DNA of 64,000 bases, from assembly GCA_030528485.1 (NCBI GenBank), contig JAUMYU010000001.1:273-64272 (forward strand), given 5' to 3'. The translations under genes were made by a program, and so were the position numbers. This DNA is from Comamonadaceae bacterium (GTDB lineage Bacteria; Pseudomonadota; Gammaproteobacteria; Burkholderiales; Burkholderiaceae_C). The notes below the pieces were generated by a model. The model saw nothing but the letters and a program-made list of their open reading frames with translations. It was not told where the DNA came from and made no database searches. Numbering within the stretch: position 1 is the first letter of the stretch; each line of letters opens with the position of its first letter. This document shows, piece by piece, positions 9,315 to 19,472 of this stretch.

Positions 9315-11342
9315 ATGGCTGCCGCAATATTTAATGAAGATGTGCATCCGCTCTTGGGGCGGATCACAATGGATCACCATACATTTCCAATGCTGCAAGA
9401 GCCTGTGATCATGGCCACTTTTGTGGGTGTGGTCTTGCTTGGCTTGGTGGTGTTGGCAGTGCTCACAAAATACAAATTGTGGGGGTATCTGTGGAAGGAA
9501 TGGTTTACTTCAATAGACCATAAAAAAATAGGCATCATGTATATCATCTTGGGCATTATCATGCTGTTGCGTGGTTTTGCTGATGCCTTGATGATGCGGA
9601 TTCATCAGGCGATGGCTTCTGGGGGGAGCGAGGGCTATCTCAATCCTCACCATTACGATCAGATTTTCACAGTGCATGCTGTGATTATGATTTTCTTTGT
9701 GGCTACGCCTATCTTGGTGGGTTTCTTTAACTACCTTGTGCCCCTGCAAATTGGCGCGCGCGATGTGGCCTTCCCGTTTTTGAATAATCTGGGTTTTTGG
9801 CTGACAACGGCTGGCGCTGTGCTGACCATGATCTCTTTGTTTGTGGGTGAGTATGCGCAAACAGGGTGGTTGGCATATCCTCCTCATTCCGGAATTGATT
9901 ACAGCCCTGGTACAGGGATGGATTACTACCTGTGGTCATTGAATTTGGCTGGGGTTGGTACGACGCTGGGTGCAATTAATATTGTTGTGACAATTATTCG
10001 TATGCGCGCCCCAGGTATGACCTGGATGCGTATGCCTATTTTTGTTTGGACCAGTTTTGCGTCCAATATTCTGATTTTGATGATCTATCCCGTTTTGACG
10101 GCAGCCTATATTTTGCTGACGATGGATCGCTATCTGGGAACGGCATTCTTCACTAATCAGCTTGGTGGCAATCCGATGATGATGGTGAACTTGGTGTGGA
10201 TTTTCGGTCACCCTGAGGTTTACGTGCTTGTGCTGCCTGCTTTCGGCTTGTTCTCGGAGATCGTCCCGGCCTTGACACGTAAGCGCCTCTTCGGATACAC
10301 GTCGATGGTTTATGCCACGATGATTATTCTGATTTTGTCCATGCTTGTGTGGCTGCACCATTTCTTTACGATGGGTTCTGGTGCGGATGTCAATGCCTTC
10401 TTTGGCATTATGACCATGATTATCTCCATACCAACTGGGGCGAAAATTTTTAACTGGTTGTTTACGATTTACAAAGGGCAGGTACGCTTTGAAGTGCCTA
10501 TGTTGTGGACGATTGGCTTCATGATTACGTTCGTTATTGGTGGCATGACGGGTGTGATGCTGGCTATCCCAGCGGCTGACTTTATCTTGCATAACAGCCT
10601 GTTCTTGGTAGCTCACTTCCACAATACGATTATTGGTGGTGTGGTGTTCGCCTTGTTTGCCGGTTTGACTTTCTGGTTTCCCAAAGCATTTGGCTTCAAA
10701 ATGAATGATTTTTGGGGGCGCGTCTCTTTCTGGAGCTGGTTCCTGGGCTTCTGGGTGGCGTTTACACCGCTGTACATCATGGGCCTGATGGGGGTTACGC
10801 GTCGCCTCAGTCAGTTTGAAGATACCTCGTTGAACGGCTACTTCATCGTGGCTTTGATTGGTGGAGTCATGATCCTGGTGGGTATCTTGTCTTTCGTGAT
10901 GTCTATTGCTGTGGGCTGGTTGCAGCGTGATAAGACGCGCGATCTGACGGGCGATGCCTGGGGTGATGGTCGTAGTCTGGAGTGGTCGACATCCTCTCCT
11001 CCCCCTGAGTACAACTTCGCTTTTACTCCCGTTGTGCATGATATTGATGCTTGGTGGGATATGAAGCGTCATGGTTATAAGCGACCCAAGGAAGGCTTTA
11101 TGCCTATCCATATGCCTAAAAATACCAGTGCGGGCATGATTATTAGTGGTCTTGGTGTCGTAATGACTTTTGCCCTGATCTGGTATGTGTGGTGGCTGGC
11201 GGCAATTGCTTTTGCGGCGATGATTGGCTACACCATTTATCACACATTTAACTATGATCGTGACTATTTCATCCCCGCCCAAGATGTGGCGCGCGTTGAA
11301 GAAAATCGCACGCGTCAGTTGGCTGCGGCTGGTGTGAACTGA
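9315..11342 (+). CDS. cyoB: Cytochrome bo3 ubiquinol oxidase subunit I
   Basis: GHPEVY, WLHHFF and AHFH heme-copper oxidase motifs. Confidence 0.96.
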   Translation: MAAAIFNEDVHPLLGRITMDHHTFPMLQEPVIMATFVGVVLLGLVVLAVLTKYKLWGYLWKEWFTSIDHKKIGIMYIILGIIMLLRGFADALMMRIHQAMASGGSEGYLNPHHYDQIFTVHAVIMIFFVATPILVGFFNYLVPLQIGARDVAFPFLNNLGFWLTTAGAVLTMISLFVGEYAQTGWLAYPPHSGIDYSPGTGMDYYLWSLNLAGVGTTLGAINIVVTIIRMRAPGMTWMRMPIFVWTSFASNILILMIYPVLTAAYILLTMDRYLGTAFFTNQLGGNPMMMVNLVWIFGHPEVYVLVLPAFGLFSEIVPALTRKRLFGYTSMVYATMIILILSMLVWLHHFFTMGSGADVNAFFGIMTMIISIPTGAKIFNWLFTIYKGQVRFEVPMLWTIGFMITFVIGGMTGVMLAIPAADFILHNSLFLVAHFHNTIIGGVVFALFAGLTFWFPKAFGFKMNDFWGRVSFWSWFLGFWVAFTPLYIMGLMGVTRRLSQFEDTSLNGYFIVALIGGVMILVGILSFVMSIAVGWLQRDKTRDLTGDAWGDGRSLEWSTSSPPPEYNFAFTPVVHDIDAWWDMKRHGYKRPKEGFMPIHMPKNTSAGMIISGLGVVMTFALIWYVWWLAAIAFAAMIGYTIYHTFNYDRDYFIPAQDVARVEENRTRQLAAAGVN

Positions 11343-11363
11343 TTAACGGGAGTATTTAGTATC

Positions 11364-12017
11364 ATGACAGTCACAGCTACTGTGCCAAAAGGGGAGCGAG
11401 TCTATTACCTCGTTGAGGATCCGCATGCTGGCGGTCACGACCATGGTTACTCCCATGGTCACAACAATACGACGGGGCTGGGCTTTTGGATTTACTTGAT
11501 GACAGATTGCTTGATTTTTGCAATCTTGTTCGCCATGTATGCAATCCTGGGCCGCAGCTATGCGGCCGGACCATCACCGGCAGATTTGTTTGAGTTGCCG
11601 TTGATTCTTGTCAATACCTTTATGCTGCTTTTTTCGTCGATCACCTTCGGGTTCGCGATGTTGCAGTCCTATAAAGGCAATGTGCAAGGAACCATTAAGT
11701 GGTTGCTGATTACTGCTGCTTTTGGTCTGGCGTTCTTGGCTATTGAAATTTATGAGTTCTACCATCTGATTCATGTTGGGGCCGGTCCTCACCGGAGCGC
11801 CTTCCTGTCGTCCTTCTTTACGTTGGTAGGCACGCATGGTCTTCACGTGACGTTCGGTATCATTTGGTTGCTGACTCTGGTATTCCAGTTGCGTAAAAGC
11901 GGCTTGATTGAGGCCAATAATCGTCGGTTGATGTGCCTGTCGATGTTCTGGCACTTCCTGGACCTGATTTGGATCTGCGTTTTCTCGTTTGTTTATTTGA
12001 TGGGGGTTTTGGAATGA
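11364..12017 (+). CDS. cyoC: Cytochrome bo3 ubiquinol oxidase subunit III
   Basis: GFWIYLMTDC, LVGTHGLHV, FWHFLDLIW. Confidence 0.95.
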   Translation: MTVTATVPKGERVYYLVEDPHAGGHDHGYSHGHNNTTGLGFWIYLMTDCLIFAILFAMYAILGRSYAAGPSPADLFELPLILVNTFMLLFSSITFGFAMLQSYKGNVQGTIKWLLITAAFGLAFLAIEIYEFYHLIHVGAGPHRSAFLSSFFTLVGTHGLHVTFGIIWLLTLVFQLRKSGLIEANNRRLMCLSMFWHFLDLIWICVFSFVYLMGVLE

Positions 12018-12394
12018 GTGAGCATGGTCATCACGCCAAATCAGGCCACGGCACATTGAATGAGTATATTGTTGGCTTTGTGCTTTCGGTCATTCTTACG
12101 GTCATACCATTCTGGTTGGTTATGGCTGATGTACTGGATAGCAAAACTGCCACGGTAGGCTGGATTTTGGGCCTGGGGTTAGCACAAATGATTGTGCACT
12201 TGGTGTTCTTCTTGCATCTCAAGCCCAATACAGAGGACGGATGGACATTGGTCACTTTGGTCGGTACGGTTCTGACAGTGGCTGTTTGCTTGGTTGGATC
12301 TATTTGGATTGTCAATAAGCTGCATAACCACATGCGTCCGCACCACAATTTTGAGTATGTGCCTGAAAGTGCTCGAGACGTTATTCGTCGCTGA
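12014..12394 (+). CDS. cyoD: Cytochrome bo3 ubiquinol oxidase subunit IV
   Basis: YIVGFVLSVILTVIPF, QMIVHLVFFLHL; ATGA overlap with cyoC. Confidence 0.92.
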   Translation: MSEHGHHAKSGHGTLNEYIVGFVLSVILTVIPFWLVMADVLDSKTATVGWILGLGLAQMIVHLVFFLHLKPNTEDGWTLVTLVGTVLTVAVCLVGSIWIVNKLHNHMRPHHNFEYVPESARDVIRR

Positions 12395-12430
12395 TTCGAT
12401 TGACGTGTTTTGGGTTTTATTTTGAAGAAT

Positions 12431-12466
12431 GCCCTGCTGATGAAAATCGGCAGGGTTTTCTTTTTT
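12431..12466 (+). terminator. Rho-independent terminator of the cyo operon
   Basis: GCCCTGCTGAT-GAAA-ATCGGCAGGGT followed by a T-rich tail. Confidence 0.8.
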
Positions 12467-12478
12467 GCTATTGTTTTT

Positions 12479-13897
12479 ATGGCTGATGTAATTTCTGCTT
12501 CGAATATTTTTGGCGGCTCTGAATCCGTTGATCCGCAAATTGCTAATCTTCGCCTGCCCCCTCAGTCGGTTGAGGCGGAGCAAAGCGTTCTTGGAGGGTT
12601 GCTGCTAGATAATATGATGTGGGAGCGGGTTTCCGACCTGCTCCAGTCTAGCGATTTCTATCGTAATGAGCATCAGAAAATTTACGCGGCTATTGCAACC
12701 TTACTAGAAAATGATCGACCGGCAGATGTGGTGACGGTATTTGATTATTTGAGGGGGACAGGGGTAGCGGAGGAAATTGGAGGGATCGAATATTTGAATG
12801 CATTGGCGCAATACGTTCCAAGCGCAGCGAATATTCGTCGATATGCTGAAATTATTCGTGAGCGGGCCATTCTGCGAAAACTGATTGCTGCCAGTGATGA
12901 AATTGCCTCCGACGCTTTTAGTCCGAAGGGGAAGGAGGTCGGGCAGATCTTGGATGAGGCAGAGGCTAAAGTTTTCAGCATTGCAGAGGAAAGCTCGCGC
13001 ATGAAGCAGGGCTTCCAGTCTTTGGATGGTCTTGTGGTGCAGTTATTGGATCATGTGGAGGAAATGTCGCAAAGCCCGCATGATATTACTGGCGTACCTA
13101 CCGGATTTAATGATCTGGATCGGATGACCAGTGGCCTACAACCAGGGGATCTTGTTGTTTTGGCTGCGCGTCCCTCTATGGGGAAAACGGCTTTTGCAAT
13201 CAATATTGCAGAACATGTGGCTTTGCATGAATGTCTGCCTGTAGCCATTTTTTCCATGGAAATGGGGGCGACACAGTTGGCAGTGCGTATCGTTGGCTCT
13301 ATTGGGCGCATCAATCAGCAGCGATTGCGCACGGGGCGTTTAAGCGACGAAGAATGGCCTCGTTTGACAGAGGCGGTCGAGAGACTGCGTAATGTTTCCA
13401 TGCATATTGATGAAACACCAGGTTTAACCCCTACTGAGTTGCGTGCGAATGCGCGTCGGTTGGCGCGCCAATGCGGTCGCTTGGGGTTAATCGTGGTGGA
13501 TTATTTACAACTTATGAGTGGCTCGGGCAATTCTTCAGAGGAGAATCGGGCTACCGAGCTGGGGGAAATATCACGTGGTTTGAAAATGCTTGCCAAAGAA
13601 CTGCAATGTCCCGTGATTGCGCTTTCACAGCTCAATCGAAGCGTTGAGCAGCGTACAGATAAGCGTCCCATGATGAGTGATTTGCGTGAGTCGGGAGCTA
13701 TCGAGCAAGATGCGGACGTAATTATGTTTATTTATCGGGATGACTATTACAATAAAGAAAATAGCAAGGCGCCGAATCAGGCGGAAATTATTATTGGGAA
13801 ACAACGGAATGGGCCAACTGGAACGGTGAATTTGTATTTTCAGAAAGATCAAACACGTTTCGAAAATTTGGCTCTTGGAGATGAGCCGTCTTTCTGA
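12479..13897 (+). CDS. dnaB: Replicative DNA helicase
   Basis: PPQSVEAEQSVLGGLL, ARPSMGKT, VVDYLQLM, LSQLNRSVEQR, DLRESGAIEQDAD. Confidence 0.97.
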   Translation: MADVISASNIFGGSESVDPQIANLRLPPQSVEAEQSVLGGLLLDNMMWERVSDLLQSSDFYRNEHQKIYAAIATLLENDRPADVVTVFDYLRGTGVAEEIGGIEYLNALAQYVPSAANIRRYAEIIRERAILRKLIAASDEIASDAFSPKGKEVGQILDEAEAKVFSIAEESSRMKQGFQSLDGLVVQLLDHVEEMSQSPHDITGVPTGFNDLDRMTSGLQPGDLVVLAARPSMGKTAFAINIAEHVALHECLPVAIFSMEMGATQLAVRIVGSIGRINQQRLRTGRLSDEEWPRLTEAVERLRNVSMHIDETPGLTPTELRANARRLARQCGRLGLIVVDYLQLMSGSGNSSEENRATELGEISRGLKMLAKELQCPVIALSQLNRSVEQRTDKRPMMSDLRESGAIEQDADVIMFIYRDDYYNKENSKAPNQAEIIIGKQRNGPTGTVNLYFQKDQTRFENLALGDEPSF

Positions 13898-13919
13898 TTT
13901 TTAATGGATTTTGGGTTGT

Positions 13920-14591
13920 ATGAGTCACTCGCATCAGTTCAAGATGTTAGCCTTCGATTGGGATGGCACGCTGTTTGATTCCACTGCATTGATTGCTTTG
14001 AGTATTCAAGATGCTGTGCGCGACTTGGGTGAGGAGGCGCCAACATTAGAGGAAGCCCGCTGGGTCATTGGAATGGAGTTGAATTCGGCTCTTGCCAAGG
14101 TGGCGCCGAATTTGTCGCCAAAAGCCTACACAGATTTGGCAAATCGTTATCGCTACCACTATCTTCGCAGACAGGAAGATATTGTATTTTTCGATGGTGT
14201 TATTCCGATGCTGCAAGGCTTGAAAGAGCGTGGATTTTTGTTGACAGTGGCGACGGGGAAAAGTCGGCGGGGGTTGGACCATTTGTTGAAATGCCATGGT
14301 TTGCAAGATTTATTTCATGATAGCCGAACTGCCGATGAAACAGCAGGTAAGCCCAATCCATTGATGTTGGAAGAGCTGATGCAAGTGTGGGGTGTACTGC
14401 CTAATCAATTGTTGATGATTGGAGATACCAGTCATGATTTGCAAATGGCTTATAACGCGAATAGTCCAAGTCTCGGTGTGACATATGGTGCCCATGCAGA
14501 GCAGGAATTGCGAGTTTGGAGCCCCTTGGCTGTTCTGGATTCAATTGCTGATCTGGATATGTGGCTAAGTTCTCAGGTAGGGAAAGCTTAA
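13920..14591 (+). CDS. HAD-IA family hydrolase (phosphoglycolate phosphatase-like)
   Basis: FDWDGTLFDS, KPNP, MIGDTSHD. Confidence 0.88.
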   Translation: MSHSHQFKMLAFDWDGTLFDSTALIALSIQDAVRDLGEEAPTLEEARWVIGMELNSALAKVAPNLSPKAYTDLANRYRYHYLRRQEDIVFFDGVIPMLQGLKERGFLLTVATGKSRRGLDHLLKCHGLQDLFHDSRTADETAGKPNPLMLEELMQVWGVLPNQLLMIGDTSHDLQMAYNANSPSLGVTYGAHAEQELRVWSPLAVLDSIADLDMWLSSQVGKA

Positions 14592-14622
14592 TAATTGATT
14601 TTGTTTTTAGAAGAGGTATATT

Positions 14623-15633
14623 ATGAAGCCTTACCAAGAGTCTGTGGCTGACGATGTTTGGAAAGAGCGCCCGGGACAAGTTGAGAATAAAAAGAACCGC
14701 TGGGAGCGAGATATGCTTGAAAAGCTGGCATTCGCTAGTTTAAGAGAGCAGCAGCGCGCGCGTCGTTGGCGAATATTTTTCCTATTGTTGTTCGCGAGTT
14801 ATATTGCCTTCATTACTTGGAAGGCTATGGGAGGCAGTGTGAGTGGCTCTTCAAAGGTAGAGGAGCACACGGCTTTTGTCCGTGTTCATGGAACTATCGT
14901 GGAAGGTCAGGATGCGAGTGCTCGCTATCTTGTACCTGCGCTGCGAAAGGCGTTTGAAGCTGAAGGTGCAAAAGCCGTTGTTTTGGCCATTAACTCGCCA
15001 GGCGGAAGCCCCGTGCAGGCAGGAATTGTCCATGATGAAATTCTGCGGCTTAAAGAAAAGCACAAAAAACCCGTCTATGCAGTTATCAGCGATATCGGCG
15101 CATCAGGTGGGTATTACGTGGCGGTTGCCGCGGATCGTATTTATGTGGATAAGGCAAGCATCGTTGGCAGCATTGGTGTTTTGATGAATGGTTTTGGGTT
15201 CACGGAAACCATGGGGAAATTGGGGGTTGAGCGGCGTTTGCTCTCGGCTGGCGACCACAAAGGATTTTTGGATCCTTTCAGCCCGGAAAATCAGGATGAT
15301 GTGTTGCATGCAAAAAAAATGTTGCGTCAAATCCATCAACAGTTTATTGCCGTGGTAAGGGCTGGCCGAGGAAACCGTTTAAAGGAAACGCCGGATATGT
15401 TCTCGGGACTGGTGTGGACAGGAGAAGAGGCGATTGCTTTGGGGCTTGCTGACCAGCTCGGGTCAATGTATGCCGTTGCGCGTGATATCGTCCAGCACGA
15501 GCGCCTGGTGGATTACAGCCCGCATAAAAACTGGGTTGATAAAGTGGCGGCGCGGCTAAGTGCTTCCGTAGGGGCTGGTGTTGTAGGTGGGGCAATGCAG
15601 GAAGCTCGAATGCAAGCAGCGCGATTGCAATGA
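14623..15633 (+). CDS. S49 family signal peptide peptidase (SppA-like)
   Basis: INSPGGSPVQ, ASGGYY, SIVGSIGV. Confidence 0.9.
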   Translation: MKPYQESVADDVWKERPGQVENKKNRWERDMLEKLAFASLREQQRARRWRIFFLLLFASYIAFITWKAMGGSVSGSSKVEEHTAFVRVHGTIVEGQDASARYLVPALRKAFEAEGAKAVVLAINSPGGSPVQAGIVHDEILRLKEKHKKPVYAVISDIGASGGYYVAVAADRIYVDKASIVGSIGVLMNGFGFTETMGKLGVERRLLSAGDHKGFLDPFSPENQDDVLHAKKMLRQIHQQFIAVVRAGRGNRLKETPDMFSGLVWTGEEAIALGLADQLGSMYAVARDIVQHERLVDYSPHKNWVDKVAARLSASVGAGVVGGAMQEARMQAARLQ

Positions 15634-15954
15634 TCAGGATTTTTTGGAGAGGGTGCTGCCAAGCCATTGGGCAAAGGGCGCAGCGACATGTACGGCCGAA
15701 ATGGCGTAAATGGCCGGAATGTCATAGGGATGGTGCTCAGCGAGCACGGCTTGCAACAGCGCGTAATGGGCCTCATCGGTTTTGAACGCCAAACGCCACT
15801 CACGTTCGTTGACCATCGCGCCTTGCCACTCGTACAGGCTTTCTATGGAATCGATGTGAACGCATGCCGTGAGCCTCTTGGCCAAGGCGATTTCGGCAAG
15901 GCGGCGTGCATCGGCTTCATTGCCGACGGTGGTGAAAACAATCAAAAGGCTCAT
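15634..15954 (-). CDS. cutA: Divalent-cation tolerance protein CutA
   Basis: RLTACVHI, SLYEWQG, HPYDIP. Confidence 0.88.
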   Translation of the reverse strand: MSLLIVFTTVGNEADARRLAEIALAKRLTACVHIDSIESLYEWQGAMVNEREWRLAFKTDEAHYALLQAVLAEHHPYDIPAIYAISAVHVAAPFAQWLGSTLSKKS

Positions 15955-15986
15955 GGGCGATGCAGGGATAGATGTAAAGAGGGTTT

Positions 15987-15995
15987 TGCTATAAT
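15987..15995 (+). promoter_or_regulatory. Extended -10 promoter of the rpsP operon
   Basis: Perfect TGnTATAAT (TGCTATAAT) about 110 bp upstream of rpsP. Confidence 0.65.
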
Positions 15996-16104
15996 CCGCG
16001 GCTTTGCAGCGTAGTCGCTGGCCGGGTGGTCATGTCGCGTGTCTCAAACGCTGTTTTTGTGGTGGCCTATTGGGTTCACCCTTTCCTCGAAGGAATACTG
16101 GCAA

Positions 16105-16362
16105 ATGGTCGTTATCAGACTCTCCCGCGGCGGCTCCAAAGCTCGCCCTTTTTACAACATTGTCGTGGCCGATAAGCGCGTGCGCCGTGATGGTCGCTTT
16201 ATTGAGCGTATCGGTTATTACAACCCCAATGCACGTGGTGCCGAGCAGGGCCTGCGTATTGACCATGATCGCTTGACATACTGGAAGGGTGTTGGCGCTC
16301 AGGCATCTGATACGGTGGTGCGCTTGATCAAGCAAGCAGCTAAGCAGCAAGTTGCGGCCTAA
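16105..16362 (+). CDS. rpsP: 30S ribosomal protein S16
   Basis: [41 protein letters not shown]. Confidence 0.97.
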   Translation: MVVIRLSRGGSKARPFYNIVVADKRVRRDGRFIERIGYYNPNARGAEQGLRIDHDRLTYWKGVGAQASDTVVRLIKQAAKQQVAA

Positions 16363-16386
16363 CTCCCGTAGCAAGCTTTGATGAAG

Positions 16387-16424
16387 GCAGGCATTGTCGC
16401 TTTGGGCGCAATGCCTGTTTTTTT
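16387..16424 (+). terminator. Terminator-like hairpin between rpsP and rimM
   Basis: GCAGGCATTG...CAATGCCTGT followed by a T run. Confidence 0.65.
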
Positions 16425-16449
16425 GCGTTTATTTCTGTGTGGGATCTGA

Positions 16450-17133
16450 ATGAGCAAAGCGTATAAAACTTTCGAACCGTCGTTGCCTGAACAGCCTGCA
16501 ACCGAGATGCCCAAAGGCTCTTTGCTTGGCCAAGAAAAAGAGAAAACCATCCGGGGGCTTTTGGCCTCGCTGGCAAAGCCTGCGCCAAGCGAGGCGTTGA
16601 TTGATCTGGCTTATATCGCAGGCGCTTTCGGGGTGAAGGGATGGGTTCGCATCAGTCCTTTCAGCGCCGATGCAGATGCTTTGCATGAAGTGCGGGAATG
16701 GTTTCTTGCGCCTCCACAAGGCGCCCATGCGCGTGGTGCGCCATGGCTGACCTCCCATTTGCATGTGCGTGTTCAACAATTGAAATTCCAAAGTGATGGG
16801 CTGGTTGCGAAATTCGAGGGGGTGGATGATCGTGATGTCGCCCATGCATTGAGAGGCGCCACGATTGCCTTGCCGCGCAGTGCCTTCCCCGTGTTGCCCG
16901 AAGGGGAGTTTTACTGGGTGGACTTGATGGGTCTGGATGTGCGCAATCGCCAGGGCATTCGGCTGGGGCAAGTGGAAAAACTGTTTTCCAACGGGCCGCA
17001 GTCCGTGCTGGTGGTGCAGGGTGAAGTGCAAGGCAAGCCCAAAGAGCACTTGATCCCTTTTGTGGGGGTGTATGTCGATACAGTTGATTTGTCAGACCGG
17101 TACATCACGGTGGATTGGCAACCCGATTATTGA
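16450..17133 (+). CDS. rimM: Ribosome maturation factor RimM
   Basis: GAFGVKGWVRI, EGEFYWVDLMG, LIPFV, VDWQPDY; N-terminal start uncertain. Confidence 0.92.
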   Translation: MSKAYKTFEPSLPEQPATEMPKGSLLGQEKEKTIRGLLASLAKPAPSEALIDLAYIAGAFGVKGWVRISPFSADADALHEVREWFLAPPQGAHARGAPWLTSHLHVRVQQLKFQSDGLVAKFEGVDDRDVAHALRGATIALPRSAFPVLPEGEFYWVDLMGLDVRNRQGIRLGQVEKLFSNGPQSVLVVQGEVQGKPKEHLIPFVGVYVDTVDLSDRYITVDWQPDY

Positions 17134-17134
17134 T

Positions 17135-17944
17135 ATGCGTTTTGACGTCATTACGCTATTTCCTGAATTGATTTCGCCTTACCTGGAGCACGGCGTGAAT
17201 CGCCGTGCCTTGGCGCTAGGCGTGCAGGTGCATTTATGGAATCCGCGAGATTTCGCCGATGGCGCTTATCGGCGCATTGACGATCGCCCCTTTGGCGGCG
17301 GGCCTGGCATGGTGATGCTGGCCGAGCCGCTGGCCCGATGCGTGGATGCCATCCGCTTGGCGCGAGGCGAAGTCGCTGGCGTGAAGTCCTTGCCCGATGC
17401 CGAAGATCGGGCGCCGCTGGTGTTTTTCACGCCCGTGGGCGATCCGCTCCAGCACACATTGATTGCTCGCTTTGCCCAGCCGCAACCGGGGGCGCGAGGG
17501 CAGGGCGCCGTGCTGTTGTGCGGGCGTTATGAAGGGGTGGATCAACGCTTTGTGGATGCATACGTGGACTGCCAAATCAGCCTTGGTGACTTTGTGCTCT
17601 CAGGCGGAGAGGTTGCGGCGGCGGCTTTTCTGGATGCGGTATTGCGTTTGCAGCCGGAAGTTTTGCACGATGCGCAAAGCCATATGCAAGACAGCTTCCA
17701 CCCCAGCATAGGCGGATTGCTGGACTGCCCCCATTACACGCGACCGGAGAACTGGCGCGGCCAAAGCGTGCCGGATGTGCTGTTGAGCGGTGACCATGCG
17801 CGTATTGCCGTTTGGCGCCGCCAGCAAAGTCTGGCGTTGAGTGCACAGCGCAGGCCCGATTTGTTGGCTAAAGCCGAGCAGGCCGGGCAATTGAGTGGGC
17901 AAGAGCGGGGTTGGCTGGCTGAGCTGAAACGCAGTACCGTGTAA
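17135..17944 (+). CDS. trmD: tRNA (guanosine37-N1)-methyltransferase
   Basis: [33 protein letters not shown]. Confidence 0.96.
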   Translation: MRFDVITLFPELISPYLEHGVNRRALALGVQVHLWNPRDFADGAYRRIDDRPFGGGPGMVMLAEPLARCVDAIRLARGEVAGVKSLPDAEDRAPLVFFTPVGDPLQHTLIARFAQPQPGARGQGAVLLCGRYEGVDQRFVDAYVDCQISLGDFVLSGGEVAAAAFLDAVLRLQPEVLHDAQSHMQDSFHPSIGGLLDCPHYTRPENWRGQSVPDVLLSGDHARIAVWRRQQSLALSAQRRPDLLAKAEQAGQLSGQERGWLAELKRSTV

Positions 17945-18078
17945 GGCGCGTGTGCGCTGGTTATAATCGGCGGTTTTTCGATCCTCTACAGGGGCGCATA
18001 CGCCTGGGCTGCAAAGGCTCGGGGCCAATTCCGGCATTGATACAACCCTTGCCCTTGCAAGATCGGACAGGACGACAC

Positions 18079-18453
18079 ATGAACTTGATCCAGACCCTGG
18101 AAGCCGAAGAAATTGCGCGGTTGAACAAAAGCATTCCCGATTTTTCCCCCGGTGATACCGTGGTGGTCAACGTGAACGTGGTGGAAGGCAACCGCAAGCG
18201 TGTGCAGGCTTACGAAGGCGTGGTGATTGCCAAGCGCAACCGCAGCCTCAACAGCAGCTTCACGGTGCGCAAAATCTCCAGCGGCGAAGGCGTTGAGCGT
18301 ACTTTCCAAACCTACAGTCCCCTGATTGCCAGCATCACTGTGAAGCGCCGTGGTGATGTGCGTCGCGCCAAGCTGTACTACTTGCGCCAACGCAGCGGCA
18401 AGTCTGCGCGTATCAAGGAAAAACTGCCTTCGCGCGTCAAGGTGGCAGATTAA
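18079..18453 (+). CDS. rplS: 50S ribosomal protein L19
   Basis: [29 protein letters not shown]; a TATAAT at 17962-17967 suggests its own promoter. Confidence 0.97.
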   Translation: MNLIQTLEAEEIARLNKSIPDFSPGDTVVVNVNVVEGNRKRVQAYEGVVIAKRNRSLNSSFTVRKISSGEGVERTFQTYSPLIASITVKRRGDVRRAKLYYLRQRSGKSARIKEKLPSRVKVAD

Positions 18454-18493
18454 GCCCTGCGCGGCTTTGCCTTGCAAATTCAAACCGTGAAAC

Positions 18494-18532
18494 ACCGCCG
18501 CATGGCCTTTTGGCCGTTGCGGCGGTTTTCTT
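18494..18532 (+). terminator. Terminator after rplS
   Basis: ACCGCCGCATGGCC-TTTT-GGCCGTTGCGGCGGT followed by TTTCTT. Confidence 0.7.
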
Positions 18533-18566
18533 ATGGCGAGAGCATACAGAGCGCCGGCTTTCTTGA

Positions 18567-18640
18567 TTTCAATTCAAAGGAAATAAAACAATGTTATTTC
18601 GGCATGATGGATAATGAATTGATTTTCTCTTGAATTGAAA
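18567..18640 (+). repeat. AT-rich inverted-arm element, copy 3 (74 bp)
   Basis: TTTCAATTCAAAGGAAAT...TATTTCGGCA...CTTGAATTGAAA. Confidence 0.9.
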
Positions 18641-18674
18641 TTTTTTGTTCTTTCCGCCTGGCCTGTATTTGTTC

Positions 18675-19427
18675 ATGTCGCCCGATAAAAAACCTCCGTC
18701 GGAACCCAGGCCGCCGCAAAGGCCGCGCATTCGGCTGCCGCAAGGCTTGCGTCCGCAGGATGTGCCTGTCATTCAAGTTGATCGGCATTTGCTGGCCGTG
18801 CCCGATGCGGCGCAGTCCATCGCAGCGCTGCGCGAGCGTTTTGAGCGCCAGCCGGTGTGGACGCCGGAATGGGTGACGGAGAGTCAATGGCTGGATTTCG
18901 CGCCGGGCTTCACTCCCATTGCTGCGGCCGTTCTGATCCCCATCGTGGCGCAGCCGCAGCCCACCGTGTTGTTGACGCGGCGTTCCTCACGCCTCAACAC
19001 CCATTCGGGCCAGGTGGCTTTCCCGGGCGGGCGTTTGGATCCGGGTGAGGACGTTGTCGCCGCGGCTTTGAGAGAGGCGCAAGAAGAAGTCGCCTTGCAG
19101 CCGGAGCGGGTGCAGGTGCTGGGCCAGTTGCCCAGCTATCTGACAGGTACGGGATTTGAGGTGACACCAGTTGTGGGAATCGTGCCGCCGGGGTTGCCCT
19201 TGCAGGCCAACCCGCATGAGGTGGATGAGATTTTTGAGGTGCCGCTGCGTTTTTTGCTGAATCCGGCCAACCACCGCCACCATGTGTTCCAGATGGACGG
19301 CATGGAGCGGCGCTGGCTTTCCATGCCTTATATGGAAAAAGAGCGGGAATATTTTATCTGGGGCGTGACGGCCAGTATTTTGAGGAATTTTTATTGGTTT
19401 ATGCAGGCGCCTTATTCAAAGATTTGA
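18675..19427 (+). CDS. Nudix CoA pyrophosphatase (NudL-like)
   Basis: LLTRRSSRLNTHSGQVAFPGG, AALREAQEEV, IWGVTA. Confidence 0.9.
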   Translation: MSPDKKPPSEPRPPQRPRIRLPQGLRPQDVPVIQVDRHLLAVPDAAQSIAALRERFERQPVWTPEWVTESQWLDFAPGFTPIAAAVLIPIVAQPQPTVLLTRRSSRLNTHSGQVAFPGGRLDPGEDVVAAALREAQEEVALQPERVQVLGQLPSYLTGTGFEVTPVVGIVPPGLPLQANPHEVDEIFEVPLRFLLNPANHRHHVFQMDGMERRWLSMPYMEKEREYFIWGVTASILRNFYWFMQAPYSKI

Positions 19428-19472
19428 AATCGGCTTTTGCGTATTCGGTTTTCTTGATTTTCAGGGGGTTGG

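Noticed and set aside
14612-14630. GTATATTATG resembling a dif core
   Set aside because: The XerC/XerD arms are absent; the sequence is simply the SD, spacer and ATG of the sppA-like gene.
18612-18624. IHF consensus (WATCAA-N4-TTR) inside the elements
   Set aside because: It matches on the minus strand of copy 3, but I did not see it at the equivalent position in the other copies checked, so it does not explain the family.
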